Notes under the pieces: generated by a model
What the model was told of the DNA's origin: nothing
Seen by the model: the letters and a program-made list of their open reading frames with translations, nothing else
Databases searched by the model: none
DNA from: Octopus vulgaris
Lineage: Eukaryota
NCBI GenBank assembly: GCA_951406725.2
Contig: OX597830.1
Location: 70,308,001 to 70,372,000 of the forward strand
Direction: 5' to 3'
Length of the DNA stretch: 64,000 nt
Translations under genes and position numbers: made by a program
Shown: piece after piece, positions 38,604 through 53,066 of the stretch
How the letters are laid out: each line of letters begins with the position of its first letter
How positions within the stretch are numbered: position 1 is the first letter of the stretch

Positions 38604-39354
38604 TCACACGCAGGAGTGTTTATCTCTCCCTCTTTATTTATATATATATGTTTATATGTATATATCAGTGTATGCATGTATACATATACATACACGCACA
38701 CACACACAAACTCATATACATACACACACACGTATATTTACGTATCATATACACGTAATCTATCACATTTACAGTTAGTTTGTTGATATTTTACGAATGT
38801 TCGAAGCGCAATGGCGGCGGTGGTGGTGGTGATAGCGGTGGTGGTGGCGGTGGTGGTCGTCGTTTGGTTTTAGTTTTCTCTCTGTAATACAGCCGGAATC
38901 CCAGACAAAGTTTATAGGCTCGGTTTGGTTCGGCTGGCTGTATTTTCATTTGAAATTAGTCGATGGAGAATTAATGAGCTGTTATACATAGATTTATTAG
39001 GCCCCCCCAACTCATATGTTTCATCGACCAGTAAATTTACAATAATTTGATATTTCGCCCAAGCTTAAAGAATAAACGAATGCACTTTGGAGGAACTAAT
39101 TATATTTGTAGCTAGCAATCCTTTCGCCTGATTTCGCTTTATCAGTAGTCCCTGCCGACCCCCAGAACATCCTCACAACTGCACCAATTCTTTTTCCTTT
39201 CTACCAGTGAAAAATCTTCAATCTTTCTTCTTTTTCTTCTTTTTTTTTTCTTTACTTTTTCATTTTTTTTTCACGTTTTTTTCATATATTTCTCTGTTTA
39301 TATCTCTTGGCTCTCTCTTTTTTTATTCGTTTTGTCCATCAGATACAGTTCGTG

Positions 39355-39385
<31 letters not shown>

Positions 39386-39766
39386 ACTCTCTCTCTCTCG
39401 TTCTCCCTCAATCTGTCATTATCTCTCCCTCTCTGTCTCCAACTCTCTTTCGCTCTCTGACTATGCTTCTTACTCTGTCTCTCTCTCTCTCTATCTCTCT
39501 CTCTTCGATTTACGATAAATAGGTCTCGGATTGATATAAACCACTAATAATGAAGGTTCTTCTTGCTATTATTGTTATTGTTTTTCGTTGTTTCTTTTTT
39601 GTTGTCTTGTATTTGTTTGTTCATTTTATTTCTTTGTTTTTTTTTTAGAGGATTCGAGAAGATATTCGGTTGGGAGACTCTACGGTAGTTGGGTTGCACA
39701 CTTGTGCCTTCTTACCGCTAAACCTGCTGCCGATGTCTTGACTTCATACGTAAGAAAGATGAAAGC

Positions 39767-39836
<70 letters not shown>

Positions 39837-40049
39837 GCAACAGCAACAATAACAACGAAACAAGGTCGATATGTGTGGGGTTCGGGTGAAGGATATGTAG
39901 GGAGGCGATATAATGGCTGATAGAGAAAGATAGATGAGGGAGAAGCAGAATTAGATATTGTGAGAAGACAGACACAAGAGACGAGAGAGATTAACAAAGA
40001 TCGACAAAGCGATATAAATAGAAAGGTTGATAAACAGACAGATAGATAT

Positions 40050-40174
<125 letters not shown>

Positions 40175-40295
40175 CAGATAGATAGATAGACAGATAGATA
40201 GATAGACAGGCAGACAGACGGACGGACGGACGGATAGATGGATATATATTCAGACAGACAGACAGACATACAGACAAACAGACAGACAGACAGAC

Positions 40296-40380
<85 letters not shown>

Positions 40381-40997
40381 TGCATTTAGTTAGATTGAGA
40401 AAGGATGGATTTAAAAAGAGAGAAAGAAAGAACGATAGATAGATAGAGAGAAAGAGAGAGAGAGAAAGTGACAGAGAGAGTGGGGGGGGGAAGAAAGGGA
40501 GAGTGAGAGAGCGACAATTTCATATACAGAAACAGGTTGTATGTGCGCAAAAAATTAGTTATAATTAATCAATTTTTAAATATTATAAAGTTTCTCTTAA
40601 AAATGAATTCTGCCACCCACATCTTTTAAAATTGTGTATTTCTCATTTTGTTTTCACGTTTTAATCTTTCTTTTGTTTGGTTTTGATCAGGTTTGCTATT
40701 TTTTTTTTAAATTATAATTATTTATTATTTATTTTTTTCAAGTAATAGCCATCTTTTTTTCGTTAATTACGAAACTTCCATAGGTTTCTGATTTTAAATT
40801 TTATTGTTTAATTAAAACAAAATTAAGAAGAAAAAAAGTTGCCACAACAGAAAATAATATTCGTTTTCAAAACGAAAATTATATTGTTTTAATTAAATAA
40901 TTTTGTCCGTGATTTTTTTTTCCCCCATAATAGATGGCATTCCCACAACACACACACAACCGCACGCGCACCCATACATACATACACACATACATAC

Positions 40998-41028
<31 letters not shown>

Positions 41029-41058
41029 CATACATACATACATGCATACATATATACA

Positions 41059-41131
<73 letters not shown>

Positions 41132-41876
41132 ATGTGTGTGTGTATCTTTTACTTGTTTCAATCATTGGACTGCAGCCACGCCTCTATGTATGTATGTATG
41201 TATGTATGTATGTATGTATGTATGTATGTATGTATGTATGTATGTATGTATGTATGTATATATGTAATAAATTAATAAATAAAATATATGCATACATACA
41301 TACATATATGTACGTACCTACATCTACATGTATATATACATGCATATATAAATATATATATGTGAGTACAGGACACCACAAATAGACGTAGAACTCAACG
41401 AGAAACGAAAACGTAAAAACAAACATGGAAACGGACTTTTTTTTATGTATGTATGTATGTATGTATGTATGTACGTGTGTGTATGTATGTATGTAATGGT
41501 GAATAATAATAAGAAGAAGAACACTTTCCAACTTCCTGTTTGGTTATATTCATATATGAGTGTCTATATAGACATTTTGAGCGGGGGATGGGGGTGAGAA
41601 AGACGAAGAGTTTAAGGCATGGTATGTTTCTCTCCGTTCCTTGTGAGTTTTCTCAAAGTTAACTTTGTGAAATTAACGAAGACTGAAACGGTTTTATATA
41701 GCTGGTAAGTGGTCATTAATATATATATATATATCAATGCATATATGTATGTATATACACTTCCCGAAATATTTAAGTACTTTTAATATGTGAAAATCTT
41801 GTTCCTATCAACAAGCGCATAATATATGTGTATGCATTTGAGTGCACATATATATATATATATATTTATGTGTGTG

Positions 41877-41943
<67 letters not shown>

Positions 41944-42310
41944 GTGTGTGTGTACGTGTGTACGTGCGTGTGTGTGTGAAAATTATCTTAGATGTTCTCA
42001 GTGAATAGATTTATATAATTTCAGCTCTTGCCTCAATTAACTAGAATAGTCTTACGTGCGTTTCCATTATACTCATATTTTATGTTTGTAATTCATATTT
42101 TATGCATTGATTGTCTGTGTATTTTTGTGTATCACACACACACACATACACACACACAAATCACATCATATGAATTATCATAATTCAAAAGCAGAGCAAG
42201 GAGATATCTACTGAGGAAACCTATGTTTGAATACATGCTAAACGTTCCACAAGGAACAACTAAATATGTCTCAAATTATACGTTATACTCGTCAAGAAAA
42301 ATTTCTTGTC

Positions 42311-42353
<43 letters not shown>

Positions 42354-42358
<5 letters not shown>

Positions 42359-42927
42359 CTTTACTACCCACAAGAGGCTAAACACAGAGAGGACAAACAA
42401 GGACAGACAAACGGATTAAGTGGATTACATCGATCGCAGTGCGTAACTGGTACTTAATTTATCGACCCCGAAAGGATGAAAGGCAAAGTCGACCTCGGCA
42501 GAATTTGAACTGAGATCGTAACGGCAGACGAAATACCTATTTCTTCACTACCCACAAGGGGCTAAACACAGAGAGGACAAACAAGGAGAGACAAACGAAT
42601 TAAGTCGGTTACATCGACCGCAGTGCGTAACTGGTACTTAATTTATCGACCCCGAAAGGATGAAAGGCAAAGTCGACCTCGGCGGAATTTGAACTCAGAA
42701 CGTCACGGCAGACGAAATACCTATTTCTTTACTACCCACATGGGGCTAAACACAGAGAGGACAAACAAGGACAGACAAACGAATTAAGTCGATTATATCG
42801 ACCCCAGTGTTTCACTGGTACTTAATTTATCGACCCCGAAAGGATGAAAGGCAAAGTCGCCTTCAGCGGAATTTGAACTCAGAACGTCACGGCAGACGAA
42901 ATACCGCTAAGCATTTCGCCCGGCACG
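42354..42927 (-). mobile_element. SINE family A concatemer: three 184-bp units plus a partial head
   Basis: Units 42354-42537, 42538-42721 and 42722-42905, each joined at GAAATACC|TATTTC. Confidence 0.95.
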
Positions 42928-43372
42928 AAATATATATAAACACACACACATACACACACACACACACTCACACATACACACACACACACACACAGACACA
43001 CACATGCATGCACACACAGACGTACGTACGTACGTTATTGTCGAATTGAAAGTGTTCTGTTTTTTTTATATTTAAACAGTCTGTCGTGTTACGCCATACG
43101 AAAGAGGTCAAACAACAAACGTGTCTTTTTTCTTCTTCTCCCAGATTCACTGCAGGAATTTTTAGAGTCACTGTTAGAAAATAAGGGCTTCTTTTCTCAT
43201 AGGCTCTCCTCATTGTAGCATTGATATTAGATACACATTAACCTATTATTTTGAAAGGATTCAATCCTTATTGCTATTCACTTCGTATTTCGCTCCAGAT
43301 AGCTATTTATATTTTTTCCGCTTATTTTTTATTTCAGTTTTCGCTGACACGTACATACTCGCACGCACGCAC

Positions 43373-43415
<43 letters not shown>

Positions 43416-43481
43416 TGGATTGATATAGATAGATAGATACACGTAGTCATACATACATACATACATACATACATACATACA

Positions 43482-43515
<34 letters not shown>

Positions 43516-43556
43516 CATACATACGTGTATGTATGTATATATGTATATATATATAT

Positions 43557-43723
43557 AGACAACAGGCTTCTTTCAGTTTCCGCCTACCAAATCCACTCAC
43601 AAGGCTATGTTCGGCCCGAGGCTATAGTAAAAGACACTTGCCCAAGGTGCCACACAGTGGGACTAAAACCGGAACCACATGGTTTGTAAGCAAGCTACAT
43701 ACCACACAGCTAATCCTGCGCCT
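43557..43723 (-). mobile_element. SINE family B 5' half
   Basis: GACACTTGCCCAAGGTGCCAC...CCGGAACCACATGG...CCACACAGC..TCCTGCGCCT. Confidence 0.9.
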
Positions 43724-43775
43724 ATTGTATGAATGTATGAATGAATGTATGTACGAACGTACGTACCTATGTATG

Positions 43776-43875
<100 letters not shown>

Positions 43876-43880
43876 CAGAC

Positions 43881-43954
<74 letters not shown>

Positions 43955-44647
43955 GTAGACAGATAGATAATCTTTTTATCAGGTTATAGATGTAAGTGTG
44001 TGTATCTGTCTCTGTATATGTGCAAACCTCTGTGTTTCTCAGAGTGTGTGTGTGTGTCTGTGAGAGTGTCTCAATGTTAGCGATTTATTTTGTAAAGACC
44101 CGCGCTTAATATCAACAACAACAACAACAACAACGATGATGACGACTGCGACGGAAAGAAGAGGAGCAACAACAACCACAACAAAAAACAACAGCAACAA
44201 AAAGAACACTCATGAATATAATACATATATCTCCATATATAATTTGTCGAAGTTTGAAAGCCACTGAAAACGTCTGGCTAAAAAAAAAAAACCCACCATA
44301 TACACATACGCACTCATTCGTGTATGCACGTACACACACACACACACACACTCATTTGTACTCTCGCATACAATGGCCCTCGAAATGGGCGACACTCGCG
44401 AATATAATGTACGTACACATCTTCATATACATCTTATACATCTGCAAGATCGCTCGTATATAATAGATAGGTATCTATTGTACAACTACTGAAGTGGTGG
44501 AAATCACTAGAAAACACGTTCGTTTAACAAGTTCTTTTCACTAAAGTATTTGACGATGCTCTTTCTGTCGTGGCTTTTCTTTTTCGCTTTCTATTCTGTT
44601 TTTTCTATGTTTCTCTCTCATACATACATACATATATATATATATAT

Positions 44648-44726
<79 letters not shown>

Positions 44727-45185
44727 TGTGTGTGTATGTGTGGATGTATAAGTGTGTGTTTGTTTATTGTTGTAGATGTTAAATGAAAAGAAAAGACAGC
44801 AATCGTCGTATGTTAGTATTGTGTATTGGGACAGAAAGTTTTGCTTTAACTCGAGATACAAGCAAAAGCAGCAAAAGACGTGGTTAAATGCTCTCAAGCA
44901 CTCTTACTTGGCGAACGCCTACATTACAGCAGAGAAAAGGAAGTCCCAGCCGAGATCTAATTCCCGATTGCATTTTGCATCTATTTAAGTCGCTCAACCT
45001 TTTGAAAAGGAGTAGAAAACACGAAACGTTCTCATTTTCGTACCAATAGCAATTTGTGAAGGCACGTGGTATAGTTGTTAGGGGTGTTGGGCTCACGATT
45101 ATAAAGTTGCAGGTTCGTTTCCTGGATCGTCAATGAAACCAAATGCTGGAGACCAAAGTACCTTCCTGATACCTATTTTATGAAC

Positions 45186-45410
45186 TTTCTTATTTATTTA
45201 TTGCCCTCAAGGGGCTAAATATAGAGGGGACAAGCGAGGGATTAAGTCGATTACATCGACCTCAGTGCGTAACTGGTACTTATTTAATCGACCCAGAAAG
45301 GATGAAAGGCAAAGTCTACCTCGGCGGAATTTGAACTCAGAACGTAGCGGCAAACGAAATACCGCTAAGCATCTCGCCCGACATGCTAACGTTTTACCAG
45401 CTCGCCGCCT
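45186..45410 (-). mobile_element. SINE family A, full-length monomer with tail type 1
   Basis: Head reverse complement AGGCGGCGAGCTGGTAAAACGTTAGC, B-box GAGTTCAAATTCC, tail GCCCCTTGAGGGCAATAAATAAATAAG. Confidence 0.93.
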
Positions 45411-45477
45411 TAATTTTTTGAACTTTCTGTGGAGAAAAAAGGGGATTAAACAACCCATAATTCCTCTAAGAGAGATA

Positions 45478-45885
45478 AGCGCAGAGCAGGCTGCGTGCTA
45501 CGAAGTTTGCTTCTCAACTACATGGTTCCAGGTTCAGTCTCACTGCGTACGTAGTAGTTTAGGAAAGTGACTTCTACTCTAGCCCTGAGCAGACCAAAGC
45601 ATTGTGAGTAGATTTGCTAGACGGAAACTGAAAGAAGCCCGATACGTACATATACATACTTATATATCTGTGTATGTTTGGGGTATGTGTGCGTATGTAT
45701 CTATGTATATGTCCCTTGGTGTTTGTTTCTCCACCTATGTTAACAAACAATCGGTGCTGGTTTATTAACGTCCACCTAACCTAGCGGTTCATATCCGATA
45801 GAGTATGTACCAGGCTAAACTCTTCAAGGCGGTGCCTCGGTATGGCTGCCATCCAATGACTGGAACAAGTTAAATATGATAAAAT
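45478..45885 (+). mobile_element. SINE family B, full length, diverged
   Basis: CATGGTTCCAGGTTCAGTC, AGACGGAAACTGAAAGAAGCCCG, CAAGGCGGTGCC...CAATGACTGGAACAAGT. Confidence 0.85.
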
Positions 45886-45916
45886 ATTTCTGTAGTTCAA
45901 TTTGATTGAATTATTT

Positions 45917-46218
45917 TTTTACGTTGCGCTTGTAAGCGAAAGCAGAGTATTGCAGTGTGTGTTGTTTGTCTGTGTGTTTGCAAAATTACTGGAAAACGGT
46001 TGAACGGATTTTCCCCAAATCTGGCGGAAATACTTAATGGGTAAGTGGGTCGAACTCATTAAATTTTGGTTTGGTGAATCAAAATGGTTTGTTTTTTCTT
46101 TGTTATATATGCATAAACGACAAGCAGGGGAAATTACTCTTGGTGTCATTTGTTGAAATATGAATTCGTTTGAGATTATTAAATGCAGGGTATGCATCGG
46201 TTCTAAGATGCCTTGTTG
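45917..46218 (+). mobile_element. Non-autonomous Helentron/DINE-1-like element
   Basis: T-rich insertion site, short GTTT/GTCT microsatellite, conserved-type block GCAAAATTACTGGAAAACGGTTGAACGGATTTT, and a 3' hairpin GCATC-GGTTCTAA-GATGC followed by CTTGTT. Confidence 0.65.
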
Positions 46219-46342
46219 TTTTCATTCTTATCGACACCGAAGATAAAGTGCAGTGCAATCAAACCGCTGTAGCCTTTGCAGACTATTCCAGACTATGAAG
46301 TCGAATCAGTTATATTCACCCCTAGGGGGAGTATTTTCGGGG

Positions 46343-46916
46343 AGTTATAATCCTAGGGTAGGAGGCCTGGGCGAAGTTCTTAGTACGAGGTTTGGTGTAC
46401 GAGACACAGTAAGAATGACGACAAGAAGAGGTCAGACGGCTGTTTGAAAAGACAAGACACTGTTTACTGGTTCAGAGGAATGGCAACCATTGCAAAAGCT
46501 ATAGAAGATAGCAACGGAGGATAGGAGTTATGGATGGACGGAGGATAGGAGGTATGGATGGACGGAGGATAGGAGGTATGGATGGACTAATGTATCTTGT
46601 CATATTTAATGACTTTCAAGAAAAAAGTGTAACATTTATAACCCAAGTGAGAGAAAAGGAGGAAGTTATTCTTCAACCGGTGACCTAGTCTAATGATGCT
46701 TGTGACAGAGTGGACTTAGCTAAAGGCGTCCAGGGTTCATGAGGTGGTGTTAAACCGAACGACAGATTAAGTCTACCAAGCAAGGATTAATCTACCATCA
46801 AGGTTTTAGTTTGCCACCCAAGTAGCGTGTTGGCGAATGGAACTTTACGACTTTACCGACAAATCATTCGGATGGTCTTTTATTGGCTGTAGTCCAGAAT
46901 GCTTGTTTGTATAGCA
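46343..46916. mobile_element. Possible solo LTR
   Basis: Non-microsatellite block with GTTATA...TATAGCA quasi-inverted ends, a purine-rich run upstream and an internal tandem repeat. No clean TG start or TSD. Confidence 0.3.
46514..46585 (+). repeat. 24-bp tandem repeat, three copies (ACGGAGGATAGGAGGTATGGATGG)
   Basis: Three copies with one mismatch. Confidence 0.97.
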
Positions 46917-47002
46917 CCGTTATTTTCGTAGATATTTTTAATATATTACTTCAGACATTTACGTTGACAGCTGACAAAAACCTTGTCGCTACTCTCATGA
47001 TT

Positions 47003-47226
47003 TAAGGCGGAAAGCTAGCAGAATCATTAGCACGCCGGGCAAAATGCCAAGCTAGATTTCGTCCGTCTTTAAGTTCTGAGTTCAAATTCGTCCGTGGTCA
47101 ACTTTGCCTTTCATCTTTCGGCGGTCGATGAAAGAAGTAGCACATGCGTACTAAGGTTGAAGTAACCGACAAGCTCCCAATCCCCTGGAAATTGATGGCT
47201 TTGTGCCAAACCATGAAACCAATATT
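47003..47226 (+). mobile_element. SINE family A, full length
   Basis: AAGGCGGAAAGCTAGCAGAATCATTAGCACGCCGGGC head, GAGTTCAAATTC B-box, GGCTTTGTGCCAAA tail type 2. Confidence 0.9.
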
Positions 47227-47324
47227 ATCTTGGATAAGGATACCTGAGGTTTTGACTCCAGAAAACGTTGAGTTTAGTTTGCAGGAAACCTACGTAATCC
47301 AGTAATCCGATGGTTTATTCGTTT

Positions 47325-47500
47325 ATCTTTATTGTTTGTGTCAGTCGTTGCAGTGTGGCCACGCTGGAGGACTACTCCGAAGGGTTTAGTCGGTCAAATT
47401 GAGCCTAGTACTATTTTAAGATTGGTAGATATTTCATAGGTCTTTTTTTGCTGAACCTCTATGTTAATGGTACGTAAACAAACCGACACCGGTTGTCAAG
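47325..47500 (-). mobile_element. SINE family B 3' half
   Basis: GGCCACGCTGG...GAAGGGTTTAGTCG...ACGTAAACAAACCGACACCGGTTGTCAAG. Confidence 0.75.
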
Positions 47501-47691
47501 ATATGAGTGGAAAGGAAATAGAAAGACATGCAAAATGACGCTCACGCACACAGTCATATGTACACACATATATATACACACATATATATATAAACATTTA
47601 TATGTATGTACATACATGTGTGTATATATATATATATCATATATACATATATACATATATGTGTGCGTGTATATATATATGTGTGTATATG

Positions 47692-47751
<60 letters not shown>

Positions 47752-47936
47752 ATATATATATGTAAGTATCTATATGTTCTCTCGCCCAGAGAATGAAATA
47801 TATTAGTAAAATGAACGAAAAATGAAATATAGTCACCCACATATGCAAATGATTACAGGCAAAAATAAACACACCAATATACATAATATATATATATATA
47901 TATACATAATACACACATACATACATACATACACAT

Positions 47937-48006
<70 letters not shown>

Positions 48007-48312
48007 ATGTATATATATTTGTATATATATATATATATAATTCTGTGTGGCGTGAAAGTAATAAGGCTGAAGTAAAATAACACAGACAGAGACTAGTGGG
48101 GTTGGGAAGGGGGTCGGGTGTTCCTTGAAAGGCCGCCAGGGATGCACTGGAGTGTGACATAGACCCCCCCTTTCCCCCGTGCCCCCTCCCTACAGTAACC
48201 ATGAGCATATGGAACCGTATTGTTGTCGCCAATGGTCGACGTGCTTTATGCATTACTTCAGCATCAGAGACTCACACAATCCAAAATGTGTTTTGTTGTT
48301 GCTGCTGTTGTC

Positions 48313-48348
<36 letters not shown>

Positions 48349-48452
48349 GTTGTTTCTGTTGCTGTTGATGGCGGCGGCAGTGGTGGTGTATGTATGTATA
48401 TATGTACGTATGTATGTATGTACGTATGTATGTATGTATGTATGTATGTATG

Positions 48453-48483
<31 letters not shown>

Positions 48484-48657
48484 GTATGTATGTGCGTGTG
48501 TCTGTGCGTGTGTGTATGTACGTGTGTGTATATAACAAACAAAAACACTACTCGCCATCCTATCCCCCACCAGCATCCTTTACCAAGACGACCACCGTAC
48601 TACCACCATTAAAGACAGACACCACCACCATATAGATGGCGTTTTTCTACCAACAGA

Positions 48658-48770
48658 TGTTGTTGTGGTTGTTGTTGTTGTTTTGCTGTTATTGTTTAGC
48701 GCCAAGACAGCCCTGATCGAGGAGACCGATGATCTAAAACTCTCCACCTCTGACCATTCCATCTTTCCTT
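48658..48770 (-). mobile_element. Retroposon 3' end with (CAA)n tail
   Basis: Minus strand ...ATCGGTCTCCTCGATCAGGGCTGTCTTGGCGCTAAACAATAAC followed by a (CAA)-type tail; weakly related sequence at about 22700-22750. Confidence 0.5.
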
Positions 48771-49254
48771 CGTGCGATCTTCATCTTGAGACAACATTAT
48801 GCAACATCTTCTTCCTTTTGTTTATATTCTTTCCATTCTAAAAGCGAAATATGAGTTGATGGAGATTTAACTGCCATTTCTAGTAAGTAGATCGACCTCC
48901 TGAGGTTCCCAACAGATGTCGTTATTATTGAAGCTGCTTTGCGGCGAATCAGCCCCATCATCAAGAGGGTTTTAAACACTCAACATCTCATCTTTAATGT
49001 ATATCAGGGCCTACAATATACGAAATGACCAATGCATATCGAAGACTACATTGTTAAATATGTTCTACACATATACATATAGTTGAAATAATTATGGTAA
49101 ATATTAATTTATTGATATTTCGAGTCCTTCATTACAATTTTTTGAATTATCTTTTAACAAAACATCTCATCAGATAAAATAGTCGAAATATCAATAAACT
49201 GTTTTCAGTGATTATTTCAAATATATAGGGCTCTTTTAACTACGTTATGGCCTG

Positions 49255-49668
<414 letters not shown>

Positions 49669-50268
49669 TGTATGTATGTATGTATGTAGGCCGAATTTCT
49701 GCACAGTCTTCTCCAAAATTTTATTCAGTCGGAAGCTGTAGTAGAAAGACGCCCAAATAGCCCAACAGTTGAAAAAGTGAGAGAGAGAGAAAGAAGGAGA
49801 GAGAAAGAGATAGAGAGAGAGAAAGAAAGAGAAAGAGAGAGTGTGTGTAAGTATGTGTGCGTGTATGCGTGTGTGCATGTGTGGGAGTATGTGTGAGTGC
49901 GCAAGCGCGCCTGCACGTGAGTGAATGTAAAAGGTATACATGGCGGATGGCATACACAGAAATGTGATGTATATATCAGATACTCAAAAAGAAAATTACT
50001 ATGTTGACATAAGGCAAGTCATTTAATACAGCTTAAAACTTTAAGCATTTCCTAAACGCTATGATAGTATCACGTTTAACTTGCAATATTCCCCAAGCCA
50101 TGCAGGCAATGGATACAACAAGAAGAAAGCAAATAATTAATTTCAGAAGCCGTTTCACGAAGCTGTTTCGATTTCCATTCAAAGCCAATTTCATATCTTT
50201 TTGCTCTGCAAAGTTCTTAAAAGTAATAAACGTGAAACTTCTAGTTGAATTCTCCTCTAGGGCATATA

Positions 50269-50436
50269 CAGTAATCCCTCGACTATCATGGGTGAAAATC
50301 CGCGATAGGTGAAAATCCGCGAAGTATATATATATATAGATGTAGAAACAGTACTGTACTATATATTTTTTAAAATTATTTTTATAATTTGTATATATTT
50401 ATCTTATGATAGGTGAACAGCGATATGGCGAGAGTT
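50269..50436 (+). mobile_element. Tigger/pogo-like MITE remnant
   Basis: TA-CAGTAATCCCTCGACTATC terminus, repeated GGTGAAAATCCGCGA, and a degenerate opposite end CGATATGGCGAGAG. Confidence 0.7.
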
Positions 50437-50508
50437 GGGCCTATGGTCAAAATTAATCGAACAGAAAGTGTTTCATTTGCATGTCTCTGAATTTGAGTGT
50501 GTGTATGT

Positions 50509-50568
<60 letters not shown>

Positions 50569-50948
50569 ATTTGTGACAATATATCACTTTTGTAAGAAGA
50601 CACTAACATGTGATTTGAGGGACAACCTGACTGCTATTTTTATCAAGGTAACCGAGTATGTAAGAGCATTGTAGAAAGGACCTGCAAACGCTACCTCTTT
50701 TTCTCTTTTACTCTTTTACTTGTTTCAGTCATGTGACTGGGGCCTTGCTGGAGCACCGCCTGTGACATAATGAGGTGGGTTTAATCGATCTGTTCCTTCC
50801 TGACAAATATTGGATTTGTGCCAAAGGGACAAATAAAGAGTAAATACCAATATGTTTACCGATAGACATTGTAAGACTACGAATTCATAAATCCATAAAC
50901 GCATACACGCACGCACGCACCTACACACAACACACACGCACACATATA

Positions 50949-50987
<39 letters not shown>

Positions 50988-51061
50988 TATAAATATATTT
51001 CCTCACTCGGACATGCGCGCACACACACACACATACATGTATATACATATATATTTTTTTT

Positions 51062-51333
51062 TTTTCTTACTTCTTTCAGTCATTTTGACTGCGACCATGC
51101 TGGAGCACCGCCTTGAAGGGTTTTAGTTGAACAAATCGGGCCCAGGGCTTACTTCTTAAGCCTAGCACTTATTCTATCGGTACCTTTTGCCGAACCGGTG
51201 ACAGAAACACACCAACACCGATTGTCAAGTGGTGACAGGGGAACAAACACAGACAAATACACATATATACGATGCATTTCACTGAGTATCCGTCAACCAA
51301 ATCCACTCACAAGGCTTTGGTGGGCCCAAGGTT
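51062..51333 (-). mobile_element. SINE family B, lacking head
   Basis: TTCAGTCATTTTGACTGCGACCATGCTGGAGCACCGCC...AAATCCACTCACAAGGCTTTGG. Confidence 0.9.
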
Positions 51334-51577
51334 TAATGCAATATGTATATAAACAGTCAGAGAGAGAGAGAGAGAGAATGTGATGGTAAAAACTGATAGG
51401 TCCGAAGCTACCAGTTTCGAAATCTCTGAACAATCGTCGAACCTTCTGCAATTAATTATACTACCACCATTGAATCCTTCCGTGCCTCCTGACTCCTCCA
51501 ATTAGGAGCAGCCTCTCATTCACACACACATAGAGATAAAATTAAATGCATATATATGTGTGTATGTATGTATGAAC

Positions 51578-51626
<49 letters not shown>

Positions 51627-51953
51627 GCGCACACATACACTCGCACACGCAAATATTCTCTTGCGCTATATAAATATTCATAAATATGGTAATACGCATA
51701 TTTCTCTATAGAAACATCCGTCCACCTATCCATCCATCATTTCACGTGCACCACATACGCAGACATATCCTGCACGTGCGCTCACTCACACGCACGTACA
51801 TAGATACACTAACACACACACACACACACACACATACACACACATAGAGAAATCTATGCATGCTACACAAACTTAATAAAGCCATTTGCTCATTCAGGCA
51901 TCCATAAATGGATGTATATGTGTATGTGTGTGTATGTTTGCATATATATGTAT

Positions 51954-52094
<141 letters not shown>

Positions 52095-52542
52095 ATGTTT
52101 GTATATAGGCGTATGTGTGTGTAAATGTATGTAAGAGAATATAAGTATATGCATGCGTGAGTTTAAAAACACGAGCTGAAAGTACTCAATACAGGCTTAG
52201 ATTCTTATTACTGAGTATAAGGAGTACGTGCGCGTAACAAATACTCTCACCTACGCTCACGCACCCACATATGCACGCATACACAAATGCAAACAGAAAT
52301 TCAGTTCTGAGTGTCACATATTCAATGTGCTAACCCCGAGTGTCACCTCACTAAAATTCAACCCCCCCCCCACTGCAATAAGTACAGTACGGAGAGAACA
52401 TCTATTGAGGGCACTAATGTACCACAGACACAAAGACACCCACCATATAACCGCCCTCGCCCCCGCCCTATCATATAACTTTGATAACTTTGCTGGGTTT
52501 CAGCCAGTATAGGCCCCATAGGCCCAGGCCATGTCTAGCTCA

Positions 52543-52614
<72 letters not shown>

Positions 52615-52872
52615 TTTATAAGTATACACATATACAGACATGCATATATGCGGGTGTTTGGATGTGTGTTTCTATATATGTATTTATGTATGTGTGTATA
52701 TATATATATATGTATGTATGTATGTTTATATGCATGCATGTATATGTATACATATATAATTACTCCTGTCTGCTTGCCTGCATTTGTTGTTACTTGTTTG
52801 GTATTTGATTTTTATTCTGGCTTTTGCGTTTGTTTTTTTATTGTATTTTTGTTTCACTCTTTCGAGATTCTA

Positions 52873-53066
<194 letters not shown>

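Noticed and set aside
44776-44988. 70-aa non-repetitive ORF
   Set aside because: No recognisable domain or convincing splice signals; length expected by chance
46514-46585. CRISPR-like repeats
   Set aside because: No spacers, eukaryotic context, no cas genes
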